A stretch of 57,913 nucleotides of DNA, filler included, from Porpidia crustulata (taxonomy: Eukaryota), in NCBI GenBank assembly GCA_964255105.1. It is 6 parts of 6 records of this genome, joined end to end, with 100 filler letters (N's around TTAATTAATTAA, not from the genome) between each part and the next. Parts side by side here need not be neighbours in the genome. Positions count along the whole stretch, not along the records: positions 29,020 to 38,588 come from CAXUWE010000919.1; positions 38,689 to 48,254 come from CAXUWE010000920.1; 4 more parts are not named here. One strand, written 5' to 3'. The notes beneath the pieces were generated by a model. It did no database searches, was not told the DNA's origin, and saw only the letters and a program-made list of their open reading frames with translations. Each line of letters starts with the position of its first letter. The stretch's first letter is position 1. Of this stretch, positions 35,426-48,354 are shown piece after piece. The position numbers and the translations under genes are program-made.

Positions 35426-37828
35426 ATGGCCCTCTCGGTTACAGATCAATTGACACAGCTCGAAGCTGCACGCAAGCTGGTCCTCGCTGATTCCGTACTC
35501 TATCCACAAATCGTCCAAGGCATCCTACCTATCGTTGGCGCCAATGCCAGACTCGAGCTTCGTAGATGGGGTGCTGAGTTCTTGGCGGAGACATTTGCAA
35601 GCCCTACAATTCCAGTGCAGCAAAAAGAAGGATTAAGCATCATAGTCTTGCAGACTTTGCGGGAGTTGCTTGATATACCAAATGGGGACACGGGTGTGGT
35701 CAAAAGCGTGGTACAGGCTGCGGCGAGTATCTACGGCTTAGTCTTTCGTTACATGTACGTGTAAATCCCTGTCCACATACCTGCGTAGATTCCTGCCCAT
35801 TGCCGCGTCCACAAAATCATTTCAATGGAAGATGGACCGAATCGTATCTCATGTTGCATTTCCGCCAGTATATCGAATCCCCAGGATACGCAAACGTGGG
35901 ACAGAATGGCTGCCATCAAGCTGGATATATTGAAGAGATGGGACACCGCTTCAACGGGGATCCGAGTATGTTGCATCAAATTCGTGCAGCGGGTTGTCCA
36001 GGTCCAGACGCCAGGGGTAATTGCAGATCCTCGGGTGCGTGATGATAAGGTGCTTAGATTTTATGCCAGACTGATGATACCTCCAGCGGCCTGAACAGAG
36101 TGAGATATCCCTTGCTCTTGTCCCTCAAGACCATCCCTTGATTCCACCACCACGACTTGAACCGGAGACCTCAGGACTCTTGGACAGGCTGCTAAACGTC
36201 TTTCACGAAGAGCCAAGGTATGCGATATGACCGTAGACGTGATCGACTCATCCTGATTCGTGATTTTAGTAATGCTCTATTGGTCAACCCAACTCTTAAT
36301 TGCCTCGGCGTCCTGATCAGAAGCCGTCAAAGTGTTTCAAACAAGATTATTTCGGCAATCCTCAGTTTCAATCCATTAAAGCAGGTCAACTCGCCAATGA
36401 CTCCTAGGATCAAAGTCCAGGTAAAATCCATGGAAAGGACTACGCGTGCTTTACTCGTGAATATCCTTAGAAGGTACGCGTAGCAATCAAGGCTGGGAAA
36501 TCGCACTAACAAATGCAATAGGAACGAGGGTGGAAACTTCGCGCCTAGAATCAAACAACACATTGATCGTCTGATGCAGTCTCGCCTCGAATTGTTCGAG
36601 GAGGGAAGCCGTAAGAGGGCAGCCCCCATGGAGCCGACAGATGGTCTTGATAGTGCCAAACGTCAGCGTCTCGGGATTGACATCCCAATGGCGATGACAT
36701 TCCCTCCGCTACCAGCTGGGCCTATAAGTTCAGCGCAACTCTTTACGCTTACCAACGATGCAGGTCTGTCTTCTTTTGACGTGACCCAGCTACCTATCGA
36801 CCTCGTGGTAAGAATAGCCCTACCTGTACTGCACAGCATCAATCAAGACGCCCTCAACAAAGCCATCAATGGTGTTCGTGCTCGCTATCTCGCCTTGGGC
36901 AAAACCCAGCACACCGTGCCTCAATCTCCAAATCTTACTCTTGATGACGAAGAGGAGGACTATGAGCCAGATTTTCAGCCTACTGAAGATACAGAGCAAT
37001 TGCTTAACAAATCAGATGTTTTGCCCCCCGAAGACTCACAAGAAGCGTCTACAGAGGTTGCTCTAGGCCCGTTCAAACTCCCCCAACCACCACCCTTAAC
37101 CCCCGAGGAGACAAATTACGCAGGGAAAGCAGCAATAAGTCGAGTCTTTAGCATGATGAATGTCCTCGACGAAATATCTGCAGCGAAGAGGCCAAAACCA
37201 GGCTTGAATCGATTAGCCGGCAGCAACTACGATAAAGAGGGCTGGATCACTGTAATTACAAGATTGGCGACGCGCGCTTCAGCGGGATTAGAAGACGATG
37301 AGTCAAACAGCGAGGATTCAAAATCCTCCCTTCAAAAGCCTGCGATAGAGCTTAGCCTTAGCGATGGCATACGAGAAACCCTATTCAAATACATCATTGA
37401 AGATTTCCGCGTCCGAATCAACATTGCAATTTCCTGGCTGAACGAAGAATGGTTCAGCGATCGCATGCAAATGATGTCTTGGGAGCAGCAAAAGCAAAAG
37501 AGATTGCATCCGCCGAAGCAGCATTATGAACGATGGTTGTTGAAGGTTCTGGATGGTATCGTGCCGTATCTGGATGCCAAAGACAAGGTCTTGATTAGGT
37601 TTTTGTCTGAGGTTCCGGGGCTCGACGAGAAGGTATTAGAACGTGTCAAGGGGCTAGCGAGAGATCCGGAAAGGGTTACGTTGGCAGTCAGTGCATTACA
37701 GTAAGCTTTGTTCCCTCATACCCCTTTCCAGAATAGTAAATTAATCAAACGATCCAGCTACCTAATCCTACTCCGCCCACCCGTCCGCGAAATCTGTCTC
37801 GACGCCATCGAGGACCTATGGCGCAATA
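35426..37828 (+). CDS. PTA1: mRNA cleavage/polyadenylation factor subunit Pta1/symplekin; exons 35426-35754, 35869-36034, 36087-36217, 36270-36473, 36522-37700, 37758-37828; last exon unreadable
   Basis: IKFVQRVVQVQTPG, SLALVPQDHP, SGLLDRLL, KSMERTTRALL, AISWLNEEW, KVLIRFLSEVP, LARDPER, YLILLRPPVREICLDAIEDLW; canonical introns keep frame. Confidence 0.9.
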
Positions 37829-38588
37829 GTAAGTTCTCCCCTCCCTATATCCCCGTTTCGCTTTCCAAAATCACCTAAACTTCTACTGCCCCCCCCCCCC
37901 CACCGACGCCCCGGCCAACCCACCCACGCCCAACGTCCGCCCCAAAAGGCGCCCCCACATCTTCCCAGACTCGAAACCCATCACGCACACAAACATGCCC
38001 GTGAACGGCAACCTCACAAATCCGGGGAAAGACCCATCGACGGCACCAACCGGGCACGAACAAGCGCCGGAGATGGGGCACGAGATGGCTGAGCGGAAGG
38101 AAAGCGCGCAGGTCGCTGCTGGCAGCTGATGTGGTTTCTCTCTCAGGGAAGGGATAAAGGGAGAGATTTGTATTGCTAGATTAATTTTCCCCGGCCGATT
38201 CTATGGCTCGAATGTCTTATTAGCTGGTCCTCGCTTAGGGGAGTCGTATGCTTCAGTGAGGCGGATGGATACCCCGGTCGAGCTTATTAAGAAATTCCAA
38301 CATATCAAATGTCTTACCACCTTCTATATTTTGCCCTTAGCTGACCGCCGCAAGATTCGAGGCTGAAAGAAGCTCGGTCGTGCATTGCAATCTGATAAAA
38401 AAAGATAGCACGAGTTCTTTTGTGCCTTTTTTTGGGGTTTTCGCGTCTGTGTTTCTGCGTCCGGCTCCGCCTACGTTTTAAGTTTTTTCTTCTCTTTTTT
38501 ATTTTTTTTACGGCTTGTTTTTATCATTCGATACGGATTCCCATCATCCTTCAGGGCCGCTTTGTCCGGCCGGGCCATTTTGCTGGAT

Positions 38589-38688
38589 NNNNNNNNNNNN
38601 NNNNNNNNNNNNNNNNNNNNNNNNNNNNNNNNTTAATTAATTAANNNNNNNNNNNNNNNNNNNNNNNNNNNNNNNNNNNNNNNNNNNN
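38589..38688. other. Artificial contig spacer
   Basis: 44N-TTAATTAATTAA-44N. Confidence 0.98.
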
Positions 38689-38689
38689 C

Positions 38690-38992
38690 TCCTACACACA
38701 ACCCGTCACAAACCGAAATACCCTCTGGCTGAATACAAAGCCCGTTGAAACCGGATGCAAAGGTACAGCTTCTCTTTTTCTTTACGTTTATTTACCTGCC
38801 TGATCTGCATATAAATACACACATATATATATATATATAATTCGAAAATCTGATTACTGTGGTGTCTGAAAAGAAATCATCTTCGATTCCAGCAAGCTGC
38901 CGCAGCCGTTCCTGAACCCGGCGGTGTTGGAGCGGTGGAGGAAACAGCAGGCAGTGAAAGCGGCGACAACGACAGCAACAGCTAGCAGCTAA
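38690..38992 (+). CDS. 3' fragment of an unidentified gene (exons 38690-38762, 38874-38992)
   Basis: SYTQPVTNRNTLWLNTKPVETGCK|EIIFDSSKLPQPFLNPAVLERWRKQQAVKAATTTATASS* via a GT..AG intron; the 5' part is lost at the contig start. Confidence 0.55.
38823..38838. repeat. (AT)8 microsatellite inside the predicted intron
   Basis: atatatatatatatat. Confidence 0.9.
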
Positions 38993-39267
38993 GGAATTAA
39001 CATAGTATGAGGGAAGAATATAATGAGTTTGAGATTCATTTCCCGTACGATAAGCTACCTACTCAGGAAAAATGATGGTACAGAAAAACTACCTATCCGT
39101 GAGCTTGTACGCTCGCTGACTCCGTTATTTCATACCCCATCTCGTAAACGGTCATCAGACATTTCGACATCCGAAAAAAAGCGCCGAGAAGATTCCTTTC
39201 ATCATATATTCCGTTAGATTTCATCGCGACGTAAAAGTCCCTTTTGTACATCCACACCCCGCTGTCC

Positions 39268-42093
39268 TTACCGTCTCCAATCGCCGACCTCGCCGTCATT
39301 GGCAGGAATCACCATGCCGATGCTCCCTCTCAGCTTCTCCCTGATCCTCTCCCTCTTCCCCTCCTCGCGCCGCTCCTTTCTCTTCTCCATCCGCTCCTGC
39401 AAGCCCTTGAAGCCGACGAATTGCACCTGATATCCCAGCCTCGGTATCATCATCCCGCTATGCGGTCTTTCCATGCTTCTGTCTGATTGTATAAACTCGT
39501 AATCGTAGTTCTGGCCGTCAAAAGCGTCATTGTAGCTCTGTCTTCTAGACTTTCCACTTGGCCGACGCGCATCCGGCGACCAGCCTGACCTCTGGCGCCC
39601 CGGCATCCGCATTGATCCAAAGCGCTGTCTTAGAGACGAGGTGCGAGATGGCGTGGTGTGCTTTGGCTGAGGCATGCCGATCGAATTCCCCACTAAAACG
39701 CCCGAATTTCCGAATTCGCTGTCGCTATCGGAAAGGTCGTCCCAAAAGCCGCGCGGACGCCAGAATGGATGTAGTTTATTCTCCGTGCTATCGCTTACAC
39801 TTGGAGCACGAGCGCTGATTGTCCTCCTCCTTGAGAAAGACCGGCTCAAGGGCGAGACGAAAGACTCCGAATAACGGCGAGCACTAAGGGCACGCTTCAT
39901 CCTTGAAAGCGGACCATGGCTTCTTTGACTCGAGGATGAATCTTGTTCGCTACGACGTCGATCTGGATCATCTACCGGGGTATTATTGGCAGGAGTAGGT
40001 GGTATGATCTTGAAATCCGGTGGTTGCGGTGGCTCGCGAGGATTCTTCAAAGGAGAATTGATCAGATGCCTTTCCTCGAATACCGGGTCCTCTGACGTAG
40101 GAGGGGCCTGATGGATGATGGCAGATTTAGTGTGCCCGGGAATAACAAAATTTGCGTTGCCGGCCACGATGGTGGCACGCTCTGCTGGTTGGGAATTACG
40201 TCTGGGCAACTGTTGAACCACAAGGATGGATTTATTAGTGTGCGGATAGATACTAACCGCTGTTGCTTCGTCAACCTCGAGGGTTCCCGGAGTAGAAGAG
40301 CGGGCAGAGCGTAAGGAAAATGGAGTAACGAGGGCGGAGCGAGGCCGCAAAGTTGACCAATCGCCAGTGCTTGATCGGTCAACGCTTGTGCTGTATGTGT
40401 CGTGGGGTTCTGTGATCTGTAGTATAGGTTGCGACTGAGACGACTGTCCTTCCTCAACATCATGGGCCACTATGCTGGCAGACTTTACGGAAGTGGTCTG
40501 AGAAAAGTTTCTGCTTGTTGGTGCAGATGGAGAGGATTTCTGGGCGGAAGGAGATGCTCTCTGAGTAGAAAGAGCTGGAGGTGTCTCTCTTGCAATTCTC
40601 CCTTCAGGCTTCGAAGGGGTGGCGTCGGGCAAGATAGCTGACATGATTCGGCGATCTCGGTTTGGGAGGTCAAAATAGCCGACGGTTTCGTCCGGCGCGG
40701 TTGTTGGTCTCGAAGATTGCTGGCGAGCAGAAGTAAGCGACACAGTCCTCGAAATGTATCTGCTACTGGGGGCAGATGTAGCAGAAGACCGGCGGTCAGG
40801 GATCACAATTACCGGAATAGAATCTTGCCGTACCTTGACCAGGTTTGAGGTTATACTGGTGGCACTGTCTGATGCGTAACTTTGTTTTGGCCCTCCCTCT
40901 GGACACTTACCATGGCGGAGGAGACGTCGATTTGACTGATGCGTGGAGGTCAAGGAACTTCGATTCGAATGACCGAAGGAATTGTCTAGCGAATTTAGGG
41001 TAGAGATTCTACCGGTACGACGAAGTGTCCGTTCCCGTTTCGGAGGCGTATCAAATACCATTGCTTCCACTACTGTAGATGTCGCCGACATTTGAGATAA
41101 TCGGCGATTATCAACCTCACGTAGTTTTGCATCAATATCAAGACCATCGTCCCTGAGGGGCCAATGGATCTGCTCGGCAAACCGCTCCGTTGACATGCTC
41201 GGCGGACTTTGCCAGCTTTGCTCAACTCTTTCACGTAGACTTGAAGACTTTGTCAAGGCGTTAGGTGTTTCTTCGCTGACCTTTGGTGACGTTGGTGAGG
41301 AGCGATTAGAAATTTGTGGCCGTTTCCTCCTTCTCACTAAACCAATACGTGGTGAATGCTGGTTCTCGTCCGTGTCAATACTATCTAAACCATCACGACT
41401 ATCCCCCCAAGCGCCATCGAAGGTGACAAAATCGTACGTGTCCGATGGAAGCCGGTGCGTTGCTTTCTTCAGTGGCCGGTCATCCTCCTCCGGCTCCAAA
41501 TCCAGGCCTAAACCAATATCTCCTAGCTCCTCACGACCTACAGTCCTCAGCCAGTGCTTTTTGACCGGATGCGGTGTAGAGCTGTCCTGATGCTGAGCTT
41601 CATGATCAGGTAGAAGCTCCTCCTGCGCAGTCTTGAAGGAATCTGCGCGACTCGACAACTTGCGAGATGGGGTATGTCGTATGGAAGGATGATCGGGGTA
41701 CGTGGTCCTTGGAGGAGTTGTCTCAGGGGTTGGGGGACTCCGCTGAATAATAGGTGTAACAACTCCAGAGCTGCCGCTTGTATAGGTTGTCGTAAACGCC
41801 CGATCTTTCGATGGGGAATCTTCGATCCAGCTCGAATCGAATTTCTCCGAAGAATTCGAGGGTGGCGTTAAGGGCATGCCACGTTCCGGTGTGATTTGGA
41901 TGGACGAAGGCTCCGGAATCCACGACCTTATTCTCTCAGACGAGCTACAACTATAAGCGTCACTCAATTTGTCCAAGCTGCGCTCAAGCTTGACTGAGGT
42001 TCCGGGCTTGACGGGCCCTGAAAAGGCCGTTCTCCTCGGGAAGGCCTTGTGAGACTTCAGCATGCCGATATTCGACGACGGTACGACCTCCAT
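39268..42093 (-). CDS. Hypothetical Ser/Pro/Arg-rich, largely disordered protein (941 aa)
   Basis: Long intronless ORF with short motif islands (TVVEAMVFDTPP, EATAVSIYPHTNKSILVVQQ, LHPFWRPRGFWD, YQVQFVG) and a C-terminal charged helix. Confidence 0.82.
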   Translation of the reverse strand: MEVVPSSNIGMLKSHKAFPRRTAFSGPVKPGTSVKLERSLDKLSDAYSCSSSERIRSWIPEPSSIQITPERGMPLTPPSNSSEKFDSSWIEDSPSKDRAFTTTYTSGSSGVVTPIIQRSPPTPETTPPRTTYPDHPSIRHTPSRKLSSRADSFKTAQEELLPDHEAQHQDSSTPHPVKKHWLRTVGREELGDIGLGLDLEPEEDDRPLKKATHRLPSDTYDFVTFDGAWGDSRDGLDSIDTDENQHSPRIGLVRRRKRPQISNRSSPTSPKVSEETPNALTKSSSLRERVEQSWQSPPSMSTERFAEQIHWPLRDDGLDIDAKLREVDNRRLSQMSATSTVVEAMVFDTPPKRERTLRRTGRISTLNSLDNSFGHSNRSSLTSTHQSNRRLLRHGKCPEGGPKQSYASDSATSITSNLVKVRQDSIPVIVIPDRRSSATSAPSSRYISRTVSLTSARQQSSRPTTAPDETVGYFDLPNRDRRIMSAILPDATPSKPEGRIARETPPALSTQRASPSAQKSSPSAPTSRNFSQTTSVKSASIVAHDVEEGQSSQSQPILQITEPHDTYSTSVDRSSTGDWSTLRPRSALVTPFSLRSARSSTPGTLEVDEATAVSIYPHTNKSILVVQQLPRRNSQPAERATIVAGNANFVIPGHTKSAIIHQAPPTSEDPVFEERHLINSPLKNPREPPQPPDFKIIPPTPANNTPVDDPDRRRSEQDSSSSQRSHGPLSRMKRALSARRYSESFVSPLSRSFSRRRTISARAPSVSDSTENKLHPFWRPRGFWDDLSDSDSEFGNSGVLVGNSIGMPQPKHTTPSRTSSLRQRFGSMRMPGRQRSGWSPDARRPSGKSRRQSYNDAFDGQNYDYEFIQSDRSMERPHSGMMIPRLGYQVQFVGFKGLQERMEKRKERREEGKRERIREKLRGSIGMVIPANDGEVGDWRR

Positions 42094-43329
42094 TGTAATT
42101 TCAAACTCTTTTGCCAGGCCTCTACACGCAACCTTATTCCAAGTCTACCAATACACTCTGATGTTGAAGTGCTGCAGTATGAGAGCAACTCATTGCTCGC
42201 AGCTGAGAGACGATCCAATGTCTCAGCTCGAGTCCGGTCCAGTCTCACCGATGTACCGTCTTACGCGACAAGTTCGAGCACATCAGCTGAACGGCCAAAG
42301 CGGTGTCCTAATTTGTTACTCCTGGCCGCTAGAGTGATTCAGTGGTGGTAATGCTGAGATGACAAGTCGACCGAACCTCCTGCCTGCTACGTCTTGGCAT
42401 GCATTCACGGCCGTGTTTCGAGCACAGAGCCTTAGGTAGCGCACCGACGTAATCTTGGCCGTGATGGTGAGGATGGGGCGCGCGGCGCCTTGTGCTGTGA
42501 GACTGCTTCAAAGATCGCAGAAAACCAAAGAGCCCTTACAAGAGTCGTTAAAGGAGAGGTTCGAAGGTGGAGGACGTGTTGTGTTGAAGGTTGATGGGGT
42601 GCGGAGTACTGGAACTTGCAATGGCTGGCTTGTTGATGACCCTTGAGTAGGAGAGTAGGCAGATAATGGGGGGAGAGTTGCGACGCTAAGAATAGTGGCC
42701 AATAGCGGCCCAGGAACCGCATTATCAAGTGTCAAGGGTCATCTACTGAGGTGCGTCCCCATTCTCCTGACTGAACGTCTTCCCACCATCGTTGAGATTT
42801 GAGAGGTTCCTCTGATTGCATTAAATCATCATCATGAGGGCACCTTGCTATTTCTATGAGGCCAGGGCTACCATCAGAACATGGGCAATTGGATGGAGGA
42901 AGATAGCCAAGCATGTGCGAGCTGCAGCTATCGGTAAAGACATAAGTAAAACTGGATCGCGGAATAGTGCGTTACATTATATTGTCAAAGTGGAAATTAT
43001 CAGTGTTTAGTTCTTGGCCTTGGGTCAGGAAATCATGGATATTTATATGATCTCACAGGGCTAATCTATCCCGACACTCTTTCCAGTCTTTGACAGCCAC
43101 GTTTCCATTGAACACTTAATGGCGAAAAAGATATAGCCCTCACAAGATGGGCAATCTTCAATAGAAAACCCACACCTCATGGTCAAGCACTAAATCTCCA
43201 CCTCTCAATGAAGCAGTGATACATGGAGGTGAAGCTATTGCTACCAAGGAGACGTCGTGGAGTTGACTACTCCTCAGACTACCAGCAACATTCATAGCTG
43301 CTGCAATTTGATTTCTTTATCGTTCACCG

Positions 43330-44004
43330 TTATTGTGATGATGTTATCTTGTCCGCCAATCCATAGTGGATGAAAGAAAACAGCGTCGGTGAATCTCCAG
43401 CCTTCTTCGAGAATACTTTCAGGATCCGCCTTAGTGGTACTGGTGGCGGTCGGACCAGAATTCTTATATCCGGTCCACGACACTGGGAGCCATTTGCCGC
43501 ATAAGGTGAGACGATAAAAATGCGATTCGCCCAGATTCTTTCCATCAACAATGTTTGATTCGCCACACTGTCGAAGTGGGTCGCGAGTCAGCGTATGCCA
43601 TCGCAATGATCCGGATTGAATACCTCCACCATATCCCCTCGCCTTTGAATTTGAAACGTTGGCCGTATACCAGATCTTGAACCGTTGAAATAACTGAAGG
43701 CATGGCATTGTGGGTCGAGGAAAGAAGTAAGAAGTCTAGTGCTATAGGCGAAAAGGGTAGTTACAACTGCATCTGCAATATGTAGCTGAGGTTTTATAAT
43801 CGCCTCTACATATCGGGTTAAGTCGATGAAATGAGCGAAGCCGCGCGGTGTGCTGATTGGAAATTGCGGGCTACGCTCAATATACGTGTAGCTCGAATAT
43901 GCCGGATCATGGTGGAAGCGTGGCGCTGGACGGGTGGCCAATATTGTCCGGTATAATTGTTTTTCCTCATGGGAACGATCGGGCCTCTGCTCGACATTAT
44001 CCAT
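43330..44004 (-). pseudogene. Degenerate ORF with an in-frame stop
   Basis: ORFs 43588..44004 and 43330..43566 share one frame and are separated by a single TGA (43588-43590); no family recognised. Confidence 0.35.
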
Positions 44005-45548
44005 TACGAAGAAAATGTATAATTTGTCTGTAGAGCCGAGGGTTCAAAGATGTTATTTAAGCATGAACCTCAACTGTTATGATAAACGCTTTGCGTTCTG
44101 ATGAAAAAAGTTAGGACTATCAAGAACGAAAGAGCTCATGCACAAGACTTCACGTGTGTGCTCGGCGCCAGACAATTCACTGGAGACTTGAGGCAAATAC
44201 GAACTAGGGGAAACAGCAGTAGGAGCATATTGCAGCCAGACTTCAGTACATGATCTGTACCGTCTTTTTGGCACTAGAAAGATGGCTTGCAATCGACGAA
44301 AGTCGCTCGAGCGTGGCAAGATGAATATGTCAATTGACATTTGCTATAAGTAGAGTTGAAGGGTCGAGCAGGTATTCAGTTCGCATAGAATCGAGGGGAT
44401 CGCCCGTAGGCTACGACTTATCACTATCGCGCTGGTGGGAGAGTGTAGCATAGACGAAGGTCGGAGACGAGAGCGTGCCATCCTATTGTTTTCACAATCC
44501 AGCGTAAAGAACCGTGGGCAATGACTTGTTTGTGAACACACGGTCAGCCGTTGCCATTGTTCGCACGGTTTGTATCACAATGAAGGTAGGTGTCTTGCTG
44601 GCGTGGGATCATGAATCTTGAAATCTCTTCAAAAGATCAGAGGTGCTCGTAGAACGTTGTAGTGATCAATGAGAGACAGGGCCGTAAGCACACAGACAGT
44701 GAGAGTGAGGGTCATGGGGGATGATCTTGGCTTAGAGAGAGAGAATCTTTTTGTTGTTCTCTTTGCAGTCTTCCTTCTTTTCCTTCTTTTGTCCACTTCA
44801 ATCTTCAGGGAACAGGTTATATGTTTCATTCTGCGATTGCTGCCTTGTTGGTGGACGGGAACGTCGAAGTATGAGCGAAGGAACAGAGGATCGCTAAGCA
44901 ACGACGCAGCCACGCAGCCCACTATCCCTGCGATTCAATACGTACGTCATTATGCAGCTCACCTACGCCATCGGCGTCAGGGGGTTCAAACTAGAGTAAG
45001 ACTGAATTCAACGCTGGAGGATCTGAGATATACCCGTCAAGGAGGGCATTCGTGATTACCATCCACCATCATTTCCAGCTTACTGAATCAATAAAGAACG
45101 AGAACAACAACAATTACCATCCACCATATATGCAAGATTCAGCCACCAACGACCTCCTTCTCTCATGCCGTTGCAGAAATTACGCTATCCCGGGCGTGTT
45201 CTGCAACAATTATCAATTGCTGCTAAAGTTGTTTTGTGCACGTAGGCCAAATCATCGTCATCGGTAATCTTCGCATCGGCCGATCTTCCTTCATCAGTCT
45301 GCTGCAATTCCAGCTTGGCCTTCGACACTCCTCACCCATCCAACATCATCTAACGCGCCAAACGAGGCTACCTCACTAACACATACCTTTCTCGCTACTC
45401 ACTCCAGCCACTCAACGTGCTTTGTTCCAACCCAAACTACCGGAATACCTCCACTTAGATCTGACTCCTTTTGCTGCTAGAGTCCTAGAGCACTTGGTCG
45501 CGAAATCTACGGGTCTTACGTTTCCCCCGTTATATCATATCTCCCATC

Positions 45549-47882
45549 ATGTCGACAATTCAGAATCTCAAGAATTTTATTCGACATGGAAAGCAAGCTC
45601 GAGCGTCTAACACTCCTCATGCCGATCCAACCACAACGGTTTCGCCAGTCAACGTTCAGCAACAACGCTACAATCCATCACCACCGCAAAATCACTATGC
45701 ACTAAGCGACCCCAATATCCTAGACCACAAGCCTCTTCAAGCTGCAAACGTACCCGGAGCAGACTTTTCTGCCGCCAATATCGACAACAGGAACGTGGCT
45801 GCTCAAGCAGGTGGGGCCGCTGCCAAGGCAGCTGGCGACAAGCAAAGAGTTGGAAACGGAGGGGCGACTGAGCGGTCGAGCGATTATGACCCTACAGTCA
45901 TCGAGCGAATAGTCGCCGAGGAGAGAGAGAGTAAAGGGAAGCTACCCAAATACCCAGGACTGGAAAGATGGACGCTGGTGGAAAAGATGGGAGATGGTGC
46001 CTTCAGCAACGTGTACCGAGCACGGGATAGCACAGGACAGGCGGGCGAAGTGGCCATTAAAGTCGTCCGAAAATTCGAAATGAACTCAAGTCAGGTAAGC
46101 TTAGGCTAGCCACCTGGAAGTGGCCGTTTCTTTGAGATTTGAGTTGCGCTATATTGTCTATTTGTTCATTCTTGTGTTTTTGAACTCTCTCGGGAGTCTT
46201 GAAACTTTGCCAATATGTCGTGCTAGGGCGACAACCATCTTCATCCGGACTTCAAAAAGCAACCTAAGGTTGTCGAGGTGCGCATACACTTTCCACATGT
46301 GCATTTTTGCGCCATGATCTTGGCGTTCTGCGTTGCCAATACATTCCTCTGAAATATAACAAGCTGCTGACATTAACCGACTACTACAGCGGGCCAATAT
46401 TCTCAAAGAAGTCCAGATCATGCGACAACTAGAACATCCTAATATCGTCAAGCTCATCGACTTTTCCGAATCACGTCAATACTACTACATTGTTCTCGAG
46501 CTCTGCCCAGGTGGAGAGCTGTTCCATCAAATCGTAAGATTGACATACTTTAGCGAAGACTTAAGTCGTCACGTCATATTGCAGGTCGCTGAAGCGTTGG
46601 AATATTTGCATGAAGACCGCGGTGTTGTTCATCGGTATGCTTGGCTAATCTATTATATAGGGCATGCTGACAATGCATTAGTGATATTAAGCCTGAGAAT
46701 CTCTTATTTTACCCAGCACCATTCATACCCACAAAACATCCAAAGCCCAGATCTGCCGAGGATGAGGACAAAGCAGACGAGGGTGAATTCGTCAAAGGTA
46801 TCGGAGCCGGAGGTATAGGCAAAATAAAGATTGCGGATTTTGGTCTTTCGAAAGTTATTTGGGATAGCCAGACAATGACTCCCTGCGGAACCGTAGGGTA
46901 CACGGCTCCCGAGATTGTGAAAGACGAGCGATACTCCAAATCGGTAGACATGTGGGCTATGGGCTGCGTACTCTACACCCTCCTCTGCGGGTTTCCCCCG
47001 TTTTATGACGAATCCATTCAAGTTCTTACCGAAAAAGTTGCCAGAGGTCAATACACCTTCCTCTCCCCATGGTGGGACGATATCTCCAAGTCTGCCCAAG
47101 ACCTCGTGTCCCATCTCCTAACAGTCGACCCTGAAAAACGATACTCCATCCAACAGTTCCTCGACCATCCCTGGATTAGACAATCCAACGAGGAAACGAA
47201 CGCCGCTGCCGATGCTCCGCCATTGGCCACCCCTCTATATACCCGCCAAAAAGAGTACGGTTTCAACTCCGCCGTTTCCAAGGTCGCTGATCAGGAACCC
47301 ATGTCAGCGCAATTTTTGGAGACCCCCGGAGGCCACCAACGCCGCATGGATTTCCGCTCCCCCGGCGCGGTAAATTTACGAGAAGTCTTCGATGTCAGCT
47401 ACGCCGTGCACCGCCAAGAGGAAGAAGGCAAGCGCCGCAAGAACTTCAAGCAAGGGTACCGCGGCGCGGCCGGCATGAACGGCCTGAACCCCCTTAACGA
47501 AGACGATGACGACTACGACGACCTCGACGACGAATCCCTCGCTCCCTCCGGCAAAACCCAGACCATCCCTTCCAAAGTTCCCAAAGGCACCGCCGACGGC
47601 CTCAGCAGCGTCGAGCAGAAAATGCGCAACACAAATCTCGGCGTCCGCAGCGCGGCCGCCCAAGCGCGCCAAGCCGCAGCGGCCCCGAAAGCGGTAGCGA
47701 CGCAACAGGATGGTGGTCGGGGATACGGCCAACACAGCCCTGCTGTCGCTGCGGCCGCGAAGCAGCAAGTGAGGAAGAACCGCGGGGCTTTTGAATTGAG
47801 CTTGGATAACGCCACGCTATTGGGCCGGAGGGGCAAGGGACCGCAAGATCCAAGTAAGTTGAGGGAGCAGATTGTGCAGTAA
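45549..47882 (+). CDS. srk1: CaMK-group MAPK-activated protein kinase, Srk1/Rck2 (SrkA) family; exons 45549-46094, 46227-46277, 46390-46634, 46682-47882
   Basis: N-terminal MSTIQNLKNFIRHGKQA, MGDGAFSNV, VAIKV, HR|DIKPENLL, Gly-rich insert GIGAGGIG before IADFGLSK, TPCGTVGYTAPE, and C-terminal FELSLDNATLLGRR. Confidence 0.93.
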
Positions 47883-48254
47883 TGGAGTCGAGTTCGAAGA
47901 AGGCAGTGTAATGAAGGGGGTGAAAAGGGGGCTATGGGGTGGCCGATAATAGCTACGTGTGAAGCGGCTCGAAAATGAGAACGTAGTGCATGGCTAATTG
48001 ACTGGCATCACGAGGAACGGATGGATGGACGGCTGGCTCTCCGGACATACGATAGAGGAGAGAGCTTTTCCACGTATATGAGAGCGTGTGTGCGTGTGCG
48101 TTTTAGGTTGCATAGGAATGGAGTTTTGTGGTTCATGATTTGCAGGTGTTTGAAGTTTTATGTGAGATGGTGTGGTGACGTTTTCCGTCGCTTTCCCCTT
48201 TCCCTTTCCCTTCTCCCCCCCCTCCTTCACCCTCAAATCCTCAAAACCTAACCC

Positions 48255-48354
48255 NNNNNNNNNNNNNNNNNNNNNNNNNNNNNNNNNNNNNNNNNNNNTT
48301 AATTAATTAANNNNNNNNNNNNNNNNNNNNNNNNNNNNNNNNNNNNNNNNNNNN
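48255..48354. other. Artificial contig spacer
   Basis: 44N-TTAATTAATTAA-44N. Confidence 0.98.

Noticed and set aside
37889..38588. Apparent loss of the PTA1 last exon and odd ORFs downstream
   Set aside because: Sequence after the poly-C run looks garbled, with only traces of the expected exon. This is consistent with low-quality contig-end sequence.
48247..48254. CCTAACCC at the end of contig 5 as a telomere
   Set aside because: Barely more than one unit, and in the wrong orientation for a right-hand chromosome end.
9577..48354. Regularly spaced palindromic TTAATTAATTAA as a biological repeat or array
   Set aside because: Always embedded in exactly 44+44 Ns; it is a synthetic six-frame-stop linker.
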